Below are positions 12,560-26,392 of a stretch of DNA of 64,000 nt, in pieces. This stretch comes from Sphyrna mokarran (Eukaryota). The stretch covers positions 111,724,001 through 111,788,000 of the forward strand of contig JAGIQG010000001.1 in assembly GCA_024679065.1 (NCBI GenBank), in the 5' to 3' direction. Both the position numbers and the translations under genes were made by a program. The first letter of the stretch is position 1, and every line of letters begins with the position of its first letter. Under the pieces are notes generated by a model. It was not told the DNA's origin. It saw nothing but the letters and a program-made list of their open reading frames with translations, and did not search any database.

Positions 12560-14310
12560 ACATGCTTTCCCTTTTCCAAGCCCTATTCCCATGCGAGAGT
12601 GGGGGATATGACATTTTCTTTTTAACTTCCTTCCTTCTCACCATACAACAAAACTAACACTCCTTCCAGATGAAACAACGATTCACTTGTACTTCTCTTA
12701 GTATAGTAATGCTTTTCTTGCTCAGAACTCAGTCTGCTCTGTATTATGGAAAGCAAATTCACATTGGCTGATCTCTGAGTGAAGCAGGTTTGTTCGGTCT
12801 GTTAGTATGTCCCCCAGCTTTTGTCTACTTGTATTTTCATTCTCTGTCCTTGGCCTGCTAAAGTATTCCAATGAAACTTAATATTAATTTGAGGAACAGC
12901 AACTCATTTTTGATTGGGCACTTTGACATTGAGTTCAATCATTTCAGATTATAATATCCATCCCCCATTTTGTTTCCTTTTGCTTTCCTCCTTGATTTTC
13001 TTTGTCTTCAGATGACAGATTTTTAAAAAATGATTTTGACATTATTCACACCTCCTCTAGACTCACCTCTTGTTTCTTCACATGTTTCACTGCCACTCCC
13101 TTTTGCCTTGCATATTCAACATTTTTGTCATTTAATTTCATGAGCCCTCCCCCATTTTATTACAGATCTTCCCTTTCATTTCTTCTTTTCCCTTTCCCTG
13201 CCTCTGTAATTGTTTAACACCTGATTCATCTCGAACATTTTCCACTTTGGACGAAAAGTCATAAATCTGAAAAGTTGAGTATTTTACCATCACGTTGCAC
13301 CCGTTTTCACGCACGGCAGATCATAAACTGTGGCGTAAAGAGATTAGCATGATTGGCGCCGGTCGTGAAAATTGGTGCCATTTTGCAACAATAGGATTTC
13401 CAGAGCAGTTAGCCTCTTGCTGGAGATGGATGAGAGGCAGGTTAATGTTTTGAAAATTATTCAAATTTGATTTTAAATGTGTGATCCCAGCGCCTAAATC
13501 ATCGAGAACTTCAGTAGACGTTCTTGCCGGTGAGGAATATACATGCTGTCATGAATGGGAAGCAGTCACGGTGACCTTGCCAGTGGAACTGGAGGTCATT
13601 GGAGCCGAGGGTAAGGCAGGGGTGCTCCTTGAGCAGTGCCAGACTGGTCCCTGGGCAATGTCGACCAGGCACCTGAGCAATGTCCACTGTAAGTGCCAAG
13701 GAATGGGGCCAATTGGGGAGGGTTCTTTGTGGAGGGACCAGTTGGGGCAGAACTAAGGGGGAGGGGGGGCCACTGCCACTCTGCAGCAATCAGTGGGGAA
13801 CGGGCAGTGGAGCCACGATTGCTGGTGGAGAGCATTGGGACTGCAAATGAGGCTGGGTGGTGAGCCTGCAATTGGTGGGGGAAGGCAGTGGGTACGTGAT
13901 CAGTGGGAGAAGGAGTGTCTGCGATCGTTCTGGGTAGCGGGCATTGTTAGTGGGGCTGCATCTCAGGCAGCTCTCTCTTTGTCTACTGTTAACACACATG
14001 CGCAGCACGAGACGTCTACACATGCGCACTACCTCCCTCTTCAGGCTTCCGCAGCGAGCAGCAGGCTTGTTGAAAATTATGGACCAGTTATGTCACAAAA
14101 TTTTGCCAAAGTGCGAATGGAGGGACCTGGAAATGCACCCACAAAACAGATCCCAAACTCTCCCAGTTACAAGCCCACCTGGCACTTAGACAAAAAATGG
14201 TAAAATACTGCCCATTAACTCTGCTTCTGCGTCCACAGAAGCTGCCAGACATATAGCTATTTCCAGCATTTTCAATCTTTGCTTCAGATTTCCAGCAGTA
14301 CTTTTCTTTT
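12560..14310 (+). mobile_element. Old Penelope-like remnant (GIY-YIG end plus 3' UTR), split by a MITE-like element
   Basis: SFQMKQRFTCTS...EEQQLIF..IEFNHFR remnants at 12660-12950. The 3' terminus GACGAAAAGTCATAAATCTGAAA (13249-13272) resumes after 14213. Confidence 0.6.
13277..14213. mobile_element. Non-autonomous DNA transposon or MITE-like element
   Basis: 12-bp inverted termini AGTATTTTACCA (13278-13289) and TGGTAAAATACT (14198-14209); interrupts a PLE terminus. Confidence 0.55.
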
Positions 14311-15699
14311 GATACAGTCTCGGTTGGTGGTGTATAACCTGCAGTCCGGGACCACATGTGATCCATCAGTGGACTGAGTTTGGTCATTTCATGCCCAGAG
14401 TTGCCACATTCTGGTGATTTGTATTCACGTAGCTTTTCTCGTTCCAGTATGACTGCAGTGATTTAAACATAAAGCAAGGGCCAGTGAGGGGAGGTGAGTG
14501 CTGATTGCACAACACTGAGTGTGAGAGTCATGCATTCCCTCTGCATTCAATCAAATATAAATATTTTCTGTTTTTACCACTTGAGATTGATGACTATTCT
14601 ATTAATATATGAAAGATTCTATAACTTGTTACAAATATTCAATATGCATTAAATGTATTTAATCTTCTAGGGGCATGGTTAGGAAACAAGCCTGATTGCA
14701 ATCTTGTGGCCCACTGAGATGAAGGAGGGCCATCCATGTAGCCCACTTACTAGCCTAGGTCTCCCATCACTGAACCAAGGTGATGCCCCAATGCACTACT
14801 GAAGGAGTCCTTCAAAACAGTCAACTATCTTACATACACTTCTCTCTGAGATATTATTCTTTCAGACGTAAATATTTTTCTTTATCATATATCCCTCAGT
14901 AAAGCTTCATTTGCCTTTTCTCAGTTTGCGTGGTCCAAAACTACACACATTTATCATTTTAATAAAGGTATCTTAAGAATTGTATCATAGGATAACAGCT
15001 CTGTCTGTGGCTGTGGATGTTGTTTGATTGGCAGTATGAGCAAATATTTTTTAAACAGCTTAATGTTTCCACAAAAACAGTGAGGAGATGAATTTTGGGC
15101 AAATTTATTAAGTTTACTGGCATCAATTCAGGGCAAAGGAGATTTCATCATACACAATTGGAAGTATATTTTACTAAAATGTGCATTCATGACATTAATT
15201 GCAAATATATATGCAATTTTCTACAAATAAACACAAGTTAAAGCAAGAAAATAAATTATGGGAGAAGAATAAATACATTGGCCACAAAACGCAGATACAT
15301 GGCAGCTATTTTCTGGGCATTCAGGAGCTATTTTGCATCCAAACATTTCTGAAACAATTTTTCTGATATCTCAATCCCTCTGGAGGAGCTCTGCAGGACT
15401 CAGTGAGGAATGTCAATATTCATGTCCGTTATATTTCACCCTTATAAACCACAGTCCTTGCCACCAGTTATGTCGCAAGCAACTGAAGAGGAGGAGAAGG
15501 TGAAGGAGGGGTTAGAGGAAGAGTAGGGGAGGAAGAGGGGAAGGGGGAATGTAGAAAGCATCCAGCATGGCCACTTTCTGATTGAGCTGTCAATGATCAA
15601 CCTCTCTGACTGTACCAATAAACACAGCCCAATTCCCTATTCACCAGCAGCCCTATATCCTTGGGTGAGATTTTCCAGTTCCTCCTCAGCATGTTTTTT

Positions 15700-15995
15700 T
15701 TTATTCATTTGTGGGATGTGGACATCACTGGCTGGCCAGCATTTATTGCCCGTTCCTAATTGCTCCTGGAGTGCAATTGAGAGTCAACCACATTGCTGTG
15801 GCTCTGGAGTTACATTTAGGCCAGACCAGATAAGGATGGCAGATTTCCTTCACAGTCATCAATAGATTCTTAATTCCAGATATTGTTTATTGAATTCAAA
15901 TTCCACCATCTACCATGACGGGATTTGAATACATTTCCCCAGAACATTAGCTGAGTTTCTGGATTAATCGTCTAGCAATAATACCACTAGGTCGT
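15700..15995 (-). mobile_element. Deu-domain (SacSINE1-like) SINE
   Basis: The minus strand has GAAGGAAATCTGCCATCCTTATCTGGTCTGGCCTAAATGTAACTCCAGAGCCACAGCAATGTGGTTGACTCT core and a GGGCAATAAATGCTGGCC tail. Confidence 0.75.
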
Positions 15996-17929
15996 TGCCT
16001 ACCCTTTTCTGGCAGCAGAGATGGCTACCAGTGGAATCTTTTCTCCCACCAACGTCTATGGCATTTTGGATGGTATGCCCACCCTACTGCCTGGGAACCC
16101 ACCACGCAGATAGCCTTTGGTGGAATTTGAAGGTTGAGCTGGGTGAGCCAGGAAAATTCTGCCCCTTATCATCTTGGTTATTGACCATCAGAGAGTCCTC
16201 TATCTTTTTGAATGCAACACTATAATATAAGCCACCGCAAGACAACTGCCTTTTAACTGTTTTAAAAAAAATCACATATTGCACACAAAAGTCAACAAAT
16301 CATACTTATCAATTGCATTCCTGTTGGCCTTCCATGTGCTTTTGCCTATCTCTAATGCTTCCACACACTGATATCCAAGTGGCTGCACCATGGTTGGTAA
16401 GAGACTGCTGACTTCAGTAGAGGTGTCTGCAGATGATCTTTCTGGATAACCTCAGTCATCTCTGATCCTAGAGACCCAGCTTGGAATGGGAAGCAGCAGT
16501 CTGGTTTGACTGACAGGCTACAGTAAGAACACTGGTGAAGTAGCAGTGATGGGAGAGAAAATGCTGCCTTCTTGAGACAGAACAGTCAGTTCATTCTCCA
16601 CTTTACCACTGTCACTTTCCTGGGACAATGGCTTGGCAATCCTAACAATGTACTGGAAGGAAGTTATGTGGATAGATTGATAAAATTGGAGAAGTTCTTC
16701 CTTGAGAAGAGAAGGTTACAGAAACTGTAATAGAGAGTTCAGTATCATGAGCTCTCCAGACAGAATAGAGAAGAAGAAATTGTTCACATTAGCAGAAGGG
16801 TTGAGAAGCAGAGGATATCAATTTGAAGCGGTTGGCAAAAAAAGAGGCATAGTGAGGAAACCTTTTTATACACCAATGTTTAGGATCTGGAGTGAATTGC
16901 TTAAAAACATTCAATTATGGCTTTTAAAAAAAGAAATGGTTAAGCACCTGTTGGGAAAAGAAAAGGATTATGGAGAAAGCAACCACCTAATTACTCTCAT
17001 ACAGAACTGGCATGGATTTGATGGGCCAAATGGCATCCTTCTGTGCTGTAATTATACTGTGATTTTAGATTTCTGGACTGTTGTGACACCCTGCAAAGGG
17101 GCTTTCTTTGTCACTGGTATTCGAGCAATGAGCAATGATGAAAGTCTGCATCTTTGTGGTAGCAAACTGAACTCACATGACCTCAGTCTGAGCTTCCACT
17201 GCTGCACTCTGACATTGGGTGTGTTCCGCTTGTGTTGAGATGGGAACTGAGACTTTAGTCCCAGAAGCTGCATTATGGATGGGTCTGCAAGTATTGTCAT
17301 AAAGCTGGCTGTCACTTACATACTGGAGGGGATAGCGTCCACAATCTCCACAAACCTGGCGCCATATAGGTGCCAAACTCCTCTGATTGGCCCACAGATT
17401 TTCTGAAGACATAATATTTCAGTGTGCATATTCACCATCTCCTGTCTATAGCCATCCCACCGCTCCCCCCATCTCCCTTTTCCCCCACTGCCACTTTCCC
17501 CACCCCATCAGACCATCACCTCTCTATTCTGCTCCTTCACACCAAACTCCAAGTGTGATTCCATCCTCTGGCAAGCTGTTATCTGGGCTTATCGTCTGTC
17601 CTGGCTGCTGCCTACATATGCTGGGTATCTCGCTATATGTAGATCCCATCTCAAAACTACCGTCTAAAGTGCCTGGTCGCCAAGAGTGGGAAATTAAATG
17701 GCAGAATTTTCATCATCATTCTCTTTCCGTTCTTCCACCTTTTTCTGTGCTCACTGCCTGGCCGTGTTCATAGATATCTGAAAGGAGAAAGGAAGAAATG
17801 TAGGGTTGTGATGATGGAAGGAAAGGAAAATAAGAGACACAAAGTATACCATCTGCAGTCTGTAATTCAGGAAAGATTATGGAATGAGGAGGAAGTGAGA
17901 TGCGAGGAAGAAGATTAGGCATAAGCATT

Positions 17930-18490
17930 TCATCATCTTCGATATTTCAGCTCTGCTGCTGGTCATAATCTCAGTCATGGGCCCAATGACACTAACGTCC
18001 TCTTAGTTAAAGCCAGCTATCACTCGCTGTGCACCCCATTGTCCTGCAACAGAGAAAAAAATGTGTCAGTGAAGATCATAATATGAGCTTGGGTTGTCTA
18101 TCATGGTTGAATATCTGGAAATGTCTGCAAGCTGTGAGATGTGGGGATGAGCCTTGCAAAAGTGCTAAGGTGAAGATGAGGGGAAGCTGTGAATATCAGG
18201 TATGAGAGCCTTTTGATATTATTGATAGGTGAGGAATGGAGGGATCTGGTGAACTAAGCTCGGTGTGTTGGTAGGATGTGACATTTGAGAATTCAGTCAC
18301 TGACTGGGATCACTTCGATGACAGAACTGAACTTCTTCCTGAATGCCAGATCTGAATGTCTGACTCCTGGTAGTAACTGCAACAGGTATCTCCTCCCACC
18401 ACCACCTGAGACTTTGTTTGAAGAGGCTGTTGACTTACTGTGAGCAAATAGCATCTCTCTTTCTTTGCACCTCCTTGACTCAGCCATCTT
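17930..18490 (-). mobile_element. Degenerate Harbinger-type Myb/SANT-like ORF remnant
   Basis: The minus strand gives ..EREMLFA..WEEIPVAVTTRS....Q.RKKFS across frameshifts, resembling the W..(V/I)A.......R...QCRKK(F/W) motif. Confidence 0.4.
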
Positions 18491-18778
18491 CACACTGCTG
18501 CCTCACAGATCCAGGGACTTGGGTTCGATTCCTGCTTTGGGTGACTGTCTGTGTGGAGTTTGCAGATTCTCCCCATGTCTGTATGGGTTCCCTCAGGGTG
18601 CTCTGGCTTCCTCTCACATTTCAAAGATGAGCAGTTTAGGTGGATTGGCAATGATTAATGTGCAGGGTTACGCAGATAGGGAAGGGGTGGCGGTTGGACC
18701 CATTGTAAGGTGACCTTTCAGAAGGTTAGTGCATAATTGATGGTCTGCATGGCCTCATTCTGTACTTTATGGATTCTA
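18491..18778 (+). mobile_element. HE1/V-SINE with CR1-type tail
   Basis: GGGTTCGATTCC B box, core and tail. Confidence 0.8.
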
Positions 18779-18834
18779 CCAGAAAAAAAGCTGGCACAGA
18801 AATGGAAAGGCTTGGCTTGCCATATCTAATTTAC

Positions 18835-19444
18835 TTTTGTTTTGTTATATCCAATTCAATCCAATTAAAGTCCAATTCAAAGTCTCAAAGAGTGAGACAT
18901 TCCAGATCCAAGCTGACAGGACAGGCAAGCCTGTTTTGGGCCTGATTACATGATTCAAGCTGATTGGAGTAGGCATTGCACCCCACCCCCACTGCCTCCA
19001 GTTCTTGATTTCATTTGCATCTCAGCCAAAAGGCCTCGATGCCATTTTCAAAAATTGCTTCAAATGAAGCCTCAGCATAACCTCAGAGACTTCTATCAAG
19101 TGCAGGATGCCAATACTACACTTAATCTTAGCTAAAAGGCCTTTTTTTTGGTTTATATCCAATTCAATCCAATCAAAATCCAATTCAAAATCTCAGCAGA
19201 TGAGACATTCCAGGCCCAAGCTAACAGGACAGACAAGCCTCTTCCTGTCTTGGGCTTGATCTACATGATCCAAGCTGATTGGAGCAGGTTTTGCACCTTC
19301 TCCAAAGTTTGATCTCATTTGCATCTTAGCCAAAAGGCCTCAACACCACTTTTAAAAATTGCTTTAGATGAAGCCTCAGTGTAACTTCATGACTTCAACC
19401 AAGTGCAGGATGCCAAGACTACACTTGATCTTAGCCAAAAGGCC
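18835..19444 (-). repeat. Head-to-tail dimer of a ~305-bp U2 snRNA-headed, A-tailed unit
   Basis: Units 18835-19141 and 19142-19444 align end to end (roughly 80% by eye). Each begins on the minus strand with GGCCTTTTGGCTAAGATCAAGTGTAGT or a 2-mismatch variant. Confidence 0.9.
19418..19444 (-). pseudogene. U2 snRNA 5' fragment (nt 11-37)
   Basis: GGCCTTTTGGCTAAGATCAAGTGTAGT is identical to vertebrate U2 nt 11-37 as recalled. A second copy at 19113-19141 extends to GTAGTAT. Confidence 0.88.
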
Positions 19445-22400
19445 TATGCTAAGACTTCCAGCAACTTTCATCCAAAGTGCACAATTTTTTTCAAAAGGCA
19501 CAGGCTAGTTTTATGTATTGCAGATTACATTTAATTCATGCCAGCTCTCGCAACTTTGTATTCCCTACTCACATGTGCAGCCATTCCATAGTGTACTGAG
19601 TGCTGGCTGCATTCTAGAATTGTTTAAATGAGCAGGCAATGGAAAGTTTATCTGCTGCCTGCAACAGTAGTGGAGCATGCAGGTTAACCTCATAATCCTC
19701 ACACCTATTTGTACAGCTATTAAATTTAAAATTAAACTGAGAATTGCAAGGGTTGTTTTTTTCATTCATTTATAGGATATGGGCATTGCTGGCTTGCCAG
19801 CATTTATTGCCCATCCCTAGTTACCCTTGAGAAGTTGGTGGTGAGCTAGCAATTTATCTCACTAGTTAAAATATATCCAGTGCCTCCTTTACAATCATGC
19901 ACACCTGAGTCAAACTTCTTTTAAAAAAAAATGTTTTTGCTATATAATAAATATTTTGAATAAAAATCTTGAAACATAAACACCAACTGTTTTCCTATGT
20001 CAATGCCAGGGCTTGTCTTATTGTAACATAGATTTAACAATTTGTCATAGGTTCATAGCATCCCAACTGCAAGCTCAATGTTTTCTCCTAAAGCACAGTG
20101 TTTCTTTGTTCCTGTAGGCTAATGTTTTGACAATAAATAGAATTCATGAATTACTTCTTGGCAGATAAAACAATTAACTAACATCCTCAAACAGAAAATT
20201 TAAAGGACCCATCCAACATTTTAATTACATTGCTCAATTAGACACTCAGTGTTTAATTACAGCTACGAAATATAGCTAAACTTCTAAAAGGCCAATAAAC
20301 TGTGGTTTTGCTCTGTATGTCCATAAACAGCCACACTTGGGATATGAGAGAAACAAATTTCAGCAGATGTGACAGTAACGTGTATGACTTGCAACTTATT
20401 GGGGAGTATGAATGGCACAGGAAGATCCCACTAGATGGGGGAATTATGTCACATTTCCCTACATTTAAGCCAGATCTATATTCATTCATAAATGATGCAT
20501 GTACAATGGACATTCAAGACTGCAAGTGTTGATTTAAAGAGATTGAAGAAAGTAAATGACTATTTTTAAGGTGAAGAAATGCTGATAACAGGATGCCCTA
20601 TGAAAATCACACTGTTGCCTGGAGGAGGAAGAGGAAGAGTAACAGAGGAATGCTCAGCAAGTAAGGCTGCAACCCAGGAGGATGAGACCTAAAATATTCG
20701 GTGCAGACTATCCTACACAAGCTGAATATTGATGGATGAGCAAGCCTCAAGGATTGTTCCTATCTGCAAAAGCATGAAGGGCTAAACAGGTGCCAACAAC
20801 AAAACTCCAGTCTTTTACAAATTCTCCTATGGAATTCCCCCATGTCATGGAAACTTAGAAATAAGGTCCGTTGCTTTGTCAGGTTGACCAGGAAACTGAT
20901 ATAGTTGCTTACTCAATCACCTGTTTCATGCAGACGGACTTGTCTCACTGACAGACTGTCCTTTGCAAGTGCCATTCATGATCTGTCAGAATATAAGGAT
21001 CCAGGCTGGAATTTTCCAGCCATTCACGCCAGTGGAATTCTCTGCTTCCACTGCAAGCAAACGGAGATTTGGCTGAGTGCCAAATTCCCTGTCCTTGCTT
21101 GCAGCAGTAGGGTGTGAATGGCTGGAAAAGTCTGGCTTCAGTTTTTAAAAGGGCAAAATCAGATTTTGCCAAATTCCTGAATCCAACCCTGGTTAAAAAA
21201 TCAGGAATTTGTCCTTTGCAATCCAAGTAAATTTGGGGCACTAGATTTTACTTGCTTGGTGGAGATGATTTTTCCATTGAACTATAAAAGTAGTGATCAA
21301 AATGACATAGACATACCAAATAAATCTAATGTGTACTACCTCCCAATTGTGTAACAGAGATTACATAAAGAATGAATTAACTATTGTTTCTGAATAAGAT
21401 TGTCTCATGTTTCTATCAAGTTTGTTAATTATACAAGTTATTCTTTGATTTAACCTGATATGTGCATTGTTGAGGCAATAACTTGTGGAGGACAAAAAAA
21501 TGCCAAATTTTTTCTCTGCTCCAAGATCTCCCAGTGTGTACTGCAGCGCCATCTGGTGCACTCATTAATAAGAAAACTGACAAGTTTGAGAACAAATGAG
21601 GAGAATTGTCAGCAACAGATCTTCCACATAAAACCATTCAGTTAGGAAAGCAGAATTCAGTCATGATTCTTAAATACATGAATAAATCTTGACTGATATT
21701 TTTGGTATTAATTATTCTTCCATTGGTTAGATAAGGTTTAGTACTCACATAAGCACACCTATCCAGTGATACTTTGGAATACATACAAGATGGGACACCA
21801 ATTAGAGTCATAGAGGTTTACAGCATGGAAACAGACCCTTTGGCCCAATTTGTCCATGCTGCTTTTTTTTAAACCCCTAAGCTAATCCCAATTGCCCACA
21901 CTTGGCCCATTTCCCTCTACACCCATCGTACTCATGTAACTATCTAAATGCTTTTCAAAAGACAAAATTGTACCCATTTCTACTACTACCTCTGGCAGCT
22001 TGAAAGTGGTGTGCATGCTAAGTAACAGTTAATGAGCAATTCGCAGGGGGGAAGGGGTTCTTTTAGGTCATGGGCAATTAGCAGGCTTGCCTGTCCTTTT
22101 CTATCTGTGCAGACTGGGCTCCAGTAATGTGATTGAGGCCTGACTTCTGTTACATAGTTGAAGCTGCAATTGAGGCTTTTCCACCTTGCCAATCTGTGGT
22201 CAAGTGAATCAAATGCAGTAAGCTAAGTCCTCACTGGGCCATTACAATAAAATAGTGGATCTCCCAAACCATAGGACTTCCCTGCCCCCAACGGTGATAA
22301 CTTCCCAATATCCATCTTACACAACTGACCTGATTGTCAAATATCATTCCTCTGGTAGCAGCCTCCTGCATCCCAACATTTCACTTCTTTCCATCAACCA

Positions 22401-23084
22401 ATCAGGGCTTTATGCTGGGTTTATGGTAAGATTGGCAACTAACTTGCCAGATTAAGCCCAAGAGTTAAAATCTCCTGAGCCTCAAAGCTTCAAGGACAAA
22501 ATTACCCCCTATTCTGCCTGAGCTACAAAACCAGAAGTGAATTCCGTACCTCATAGTTCTGCATGGAAGGATGATTTCCCGCCTTTGGTCTAAACCTCAA
22601 ATGTTCAATCTGGTATCTGACCTTCTCTGCCACACTTTCACCCCACTTTAATCTTGTTTATTTTATGAATATCCTATTCTCTCCATTCTTTCATAATCTT
22701 TAACCATTTCTATCAGATTACTTCATATTCTGCATGGTTAGAATGAAAAAGGCAAAAGTTTCAATTATTTCTTCACACATGCATTCTCTCTTAACAGGCA
22801 ACAACCAAAGAAGTCTGCACTATAGATTCTTCCATTGTAATATTTATGACTTTGGAGTACCCTACGTAAATATACTGCCAATGTGTTTAAAAAAAAGAAA
22901 AAGTATTGGCTGTAACTTTCTGGCCATTCACATTGGTGATCTTCCGGTCCAGGTTTTCCAGCAGCAAGGATAGCATTCAACCCTGTAAAATCCCATTGAC
23001 AAAGGTGGGATCAGAAGATCTAGTTGCTAATCACTGGTGGGCTGCTTCCCACCACTGCAAAACACATGGTAGGTTGCACAGTTA

Positions 23085-23322
23085 ATTTGGCCTCGGGTGA
23101 CTGTTTGTATGGAGTCTGTAAGTTCTTCAAATGTCTGTGTAGATTTCCTCTAGATGTTCCGGTTTCCCCCCATAGCCCAAAAGACATGCTGGTTTGGTGC
23201 ATTGGCCATGTTAATTTTCCCTCAGTGTACCTTAATAGGCACTGAAGAGTGCCAACTTGGGGATTTTTATAGTAACTACATTGCATGTTAATGTAAGCCT
23301 ATTTGTGACACTGATAAACTTA
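23085..23322 (+). mobile_element. SINE with alternative tail
   Basis: Matches 28957-29173. Confidence 0.75.
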
Positions 23323-26300
23323 AGTTCCATCCATTCAGTCTGAAACTAAGCCTACAACTCTCACTTAATATGCTGTTAATGAATTACCTTCAATTTCAGT
23401 GATAGCAATACACCTCCACGTAATATCAGAAGGATTCAATTTAACATGAGTTGTGACTGGTCATTATAATTTCCTCAGACTAGGATTGAGCTTCCTTGTT
23501 GCTCAACACGGGAATATGGAAGATCACGTTTGATCCATAAAATTAGGCTGGTTTGGGCATTTTTTTCTCACGACTGAGGGAGGATTTCTGAAAATATCTA
23601 TACCTTCCTTATAAGTTGGTTAGTTGTGGAATGCATACATGGATTACTGAGATTTTCCAAGCACTCCATCCAATGCAAAATCAAAATGGGATAAGCATGA
23701 TAACTAACTTTCCTCCTATCTACCACCTTTGGCAGTTTCTTCCATGTTCCAATAGAATACAAAATTTATGAAGCCCACAAAATTTTTACTTAGAGAGTAA
23801 TAACTTTCACTTGCTGCTGTTCTCTAAATTTAGTAGTGACTCCTAAAAGGTAATTTTTTTTCATAATTGTGATAACATGGCCATTTCCTGAAAATTGAAT
23901 GTTCTTGCCCTCTACTGGTCAAATTTGTATAGTTTTATGTATGGTATATATGTACACGGCCTAATACAACTTGGGTTAGACATTCTTTTGTTTTCTATAC
24001 ATGTGTTATTTGGAAATCCTACGTAATTTTCAATGTAAATTAATGGTATGCCAATGTTAATATGGGTAGATCAAAGGAGTAGAATTTGGAAAATTGTGGT
24101 AAATCTTCAATCCATTTCCTGGGTGCAAAATCAGAGATAAGTAGACTAATTTCAGATTCTGCTAGCCTGATCTCAGTCCTCCATGTTCCAATTGATCCCT
24201 TAAGTAAGTTAATTAAAAAACCTAGGTCCTGAATTTTTGTCTCAGGCCGGGAAAATGAGATTGTCGCTAGTTCCAGATTTCTGAAACCTGAGCCTACCTT
24301 TGAGCCCTATTCCCAACATGTCACTGTCTCTGTGAAACATAGGTGGGGAGGCTTGAATTTTGCAAGCCACAATGCAGTGCAGGAGTAGTGTGAGTTTGGA
24401 GACCTGCCTTGGTTCTTGGGAAAAGCATTCCAGCTCTCAACATTGTTTATACGCTCTCTAATCTAATCCCTCACCCATCTCCCATGCTCTCTCGATTCCC
24501 CCCATACTCCACGTCCCCATGTAATCTCTATAACTACTCACCCAGTATCTGCCATGGACAGACATTGGGATATCTTTGAAACAGACATAAAAACTTTTTA
24601 ACAACCCAATAGAGCTGTCCTTCAAACACAATTCATACAAAAACAAACTCATTCATAGAAGCCATTCAAAAAGCTGTAAAACCCTATCATGTGACCAATC
24701 TGTTGTATACACTTACCTACTTACCACATCAAAGATAGATAATCCTTTAACAACTTTCTTTAAACTGTCAATTAAAATGTGAAAACAGCTCCCAGCTGAT
24801 TGATTCCGCGGCTTTTGGAGCTCACCAAGTGTTCATAATGGCCTTAGCCATCAAAACAAACCATTGCAACTCACAGATAAATGAAACTGAAAGATCAGAT
24901 CGTGTTTCAGTTCCATTCCAAAGCAGATTGCTTGTCAATCAATGGAGTTGATCTGCATAGATTGTTTAAAATCTTTTAACAGCAGGGCATTTTTTTTTCG
25001 AAGTAAGCAATCTGACATGGCTGGAGACTTTGCACAACATTTTTCTACAGTTTTGAATGCACTATGGCACTTTCTCCAATTGGATAAGTACACTAATGCA
25101 TCTCAATGCTTAAACAATGCTGATCAATGTTATGGTCAACTTAGCTTTACTGGACCAGGTGTTGTGATGAAACATTGCAGTTAAAACAGAATTACATTAT
25201 AATTCAGCTTCAATAGTGACATTTGAAGTTGTCAGAACATTTAAATATTATCGGCCAGAATATTCCCAATATTTCAACAGGCTTCCACAATAGTCATAAA
25301 TTCTCCAATAAGACAAGTAATTTTTAAGGCTACAAAACATGTACCAGTACATGAAGTGGGGAAGCGGTGGGTAGAAATTCAAATTTGTTATAGTAGTGAC
25401 AATGATGACACAACATCACAAGGTGTTGTGATCGATGACATTTCCAGCCTATGAAATGGGCACACAGAAATAACTCTGAGTTTGGAAGATATTGCAAATT
25501 TGAAATTGCTTCCAAAAAAGCTTGTTTCTTTCCTGATCCCAATCACGTCTCTATTAGGAGATGAAAATCCAGCCCCAGATATCTCTTTCAGGTTTCAATG
25601 ACAAATTTGTGAAGCTAAGCAGAGATTTTTTTTTAACATTGATGTTTTCTTTGCTCACTATCACCACAATGCCCCCTCTCAACCACACAGCAAACACCCC
25701 CACCCTCACCCTCTGCCAAACAATCAAGGCTCCAAACATTCAGCCAACTCAAGGATATGACTCTTGTAGGTCTGGACAGCTTTGGTAGAGTACCTAATTG
25801 GCAGCTGCAGCTCAACAAGTTACTGGAAATGATGTCTGATCCCTAAGTGATGAGGTGATTTCTGAACTTCTGTAACATTTATGTACCCTGAGGAAATTTC
25901 AGACATCATAAATGTCTCTTTTTCATTGCTTTCTGTAATAATTATTTATTTTGGTTGCAATCCTCAGAACAAAGCTAATGTCACTTCTTATTTACAACTG
26001 CATTTTCATTGAAATATAGCTCACAATGACTGCAAGACAAAGTGCTTTCAGCCATTTCTGTACAGGAGCTCATCTGGATTTCATACAGGGAGTGAGGAGT
26101 ATTAGGTGCTGTGTCAAAGCAGCTGGCATCATGCCCTACAAATGTGTAAGTTTTTAAAATAACACACTCTGCTGTAACATCTTTTGATCGTAATAATTGA
26201 GAAGAACTATTTTGTTGTAAGTTATGCTGAGAATGAGACATTGCTATGCAAATGTTACCCTTTTTCTATTCATTCATGGGATGTGGGCATCACTGGCTAG

Positions 26301-26392
26301 GTCAGCTTTTATTGCCCATCTCTAACTTCACTTGAGAAGATGGTAGTGTGTTGCCCTCTTGAATTACCATGTTGTAACACGAAGATTTGATA

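Noticed and set aside
19030-19417. Hammerhead ribozyme within the U2-headed units (by analogy to newt satellite 2)
   Set aside because: The closest motif is CTGAGGC rather than CTGANGA, GAAA is present in only one unit, and I found no convincing stems. Other ribozyme classes were not excluded.
19113-19444. Functional U2 snRNA gene
   Set aside because: Only nt 11-39 are present; the Sm site and 3' stem-loops are missing.
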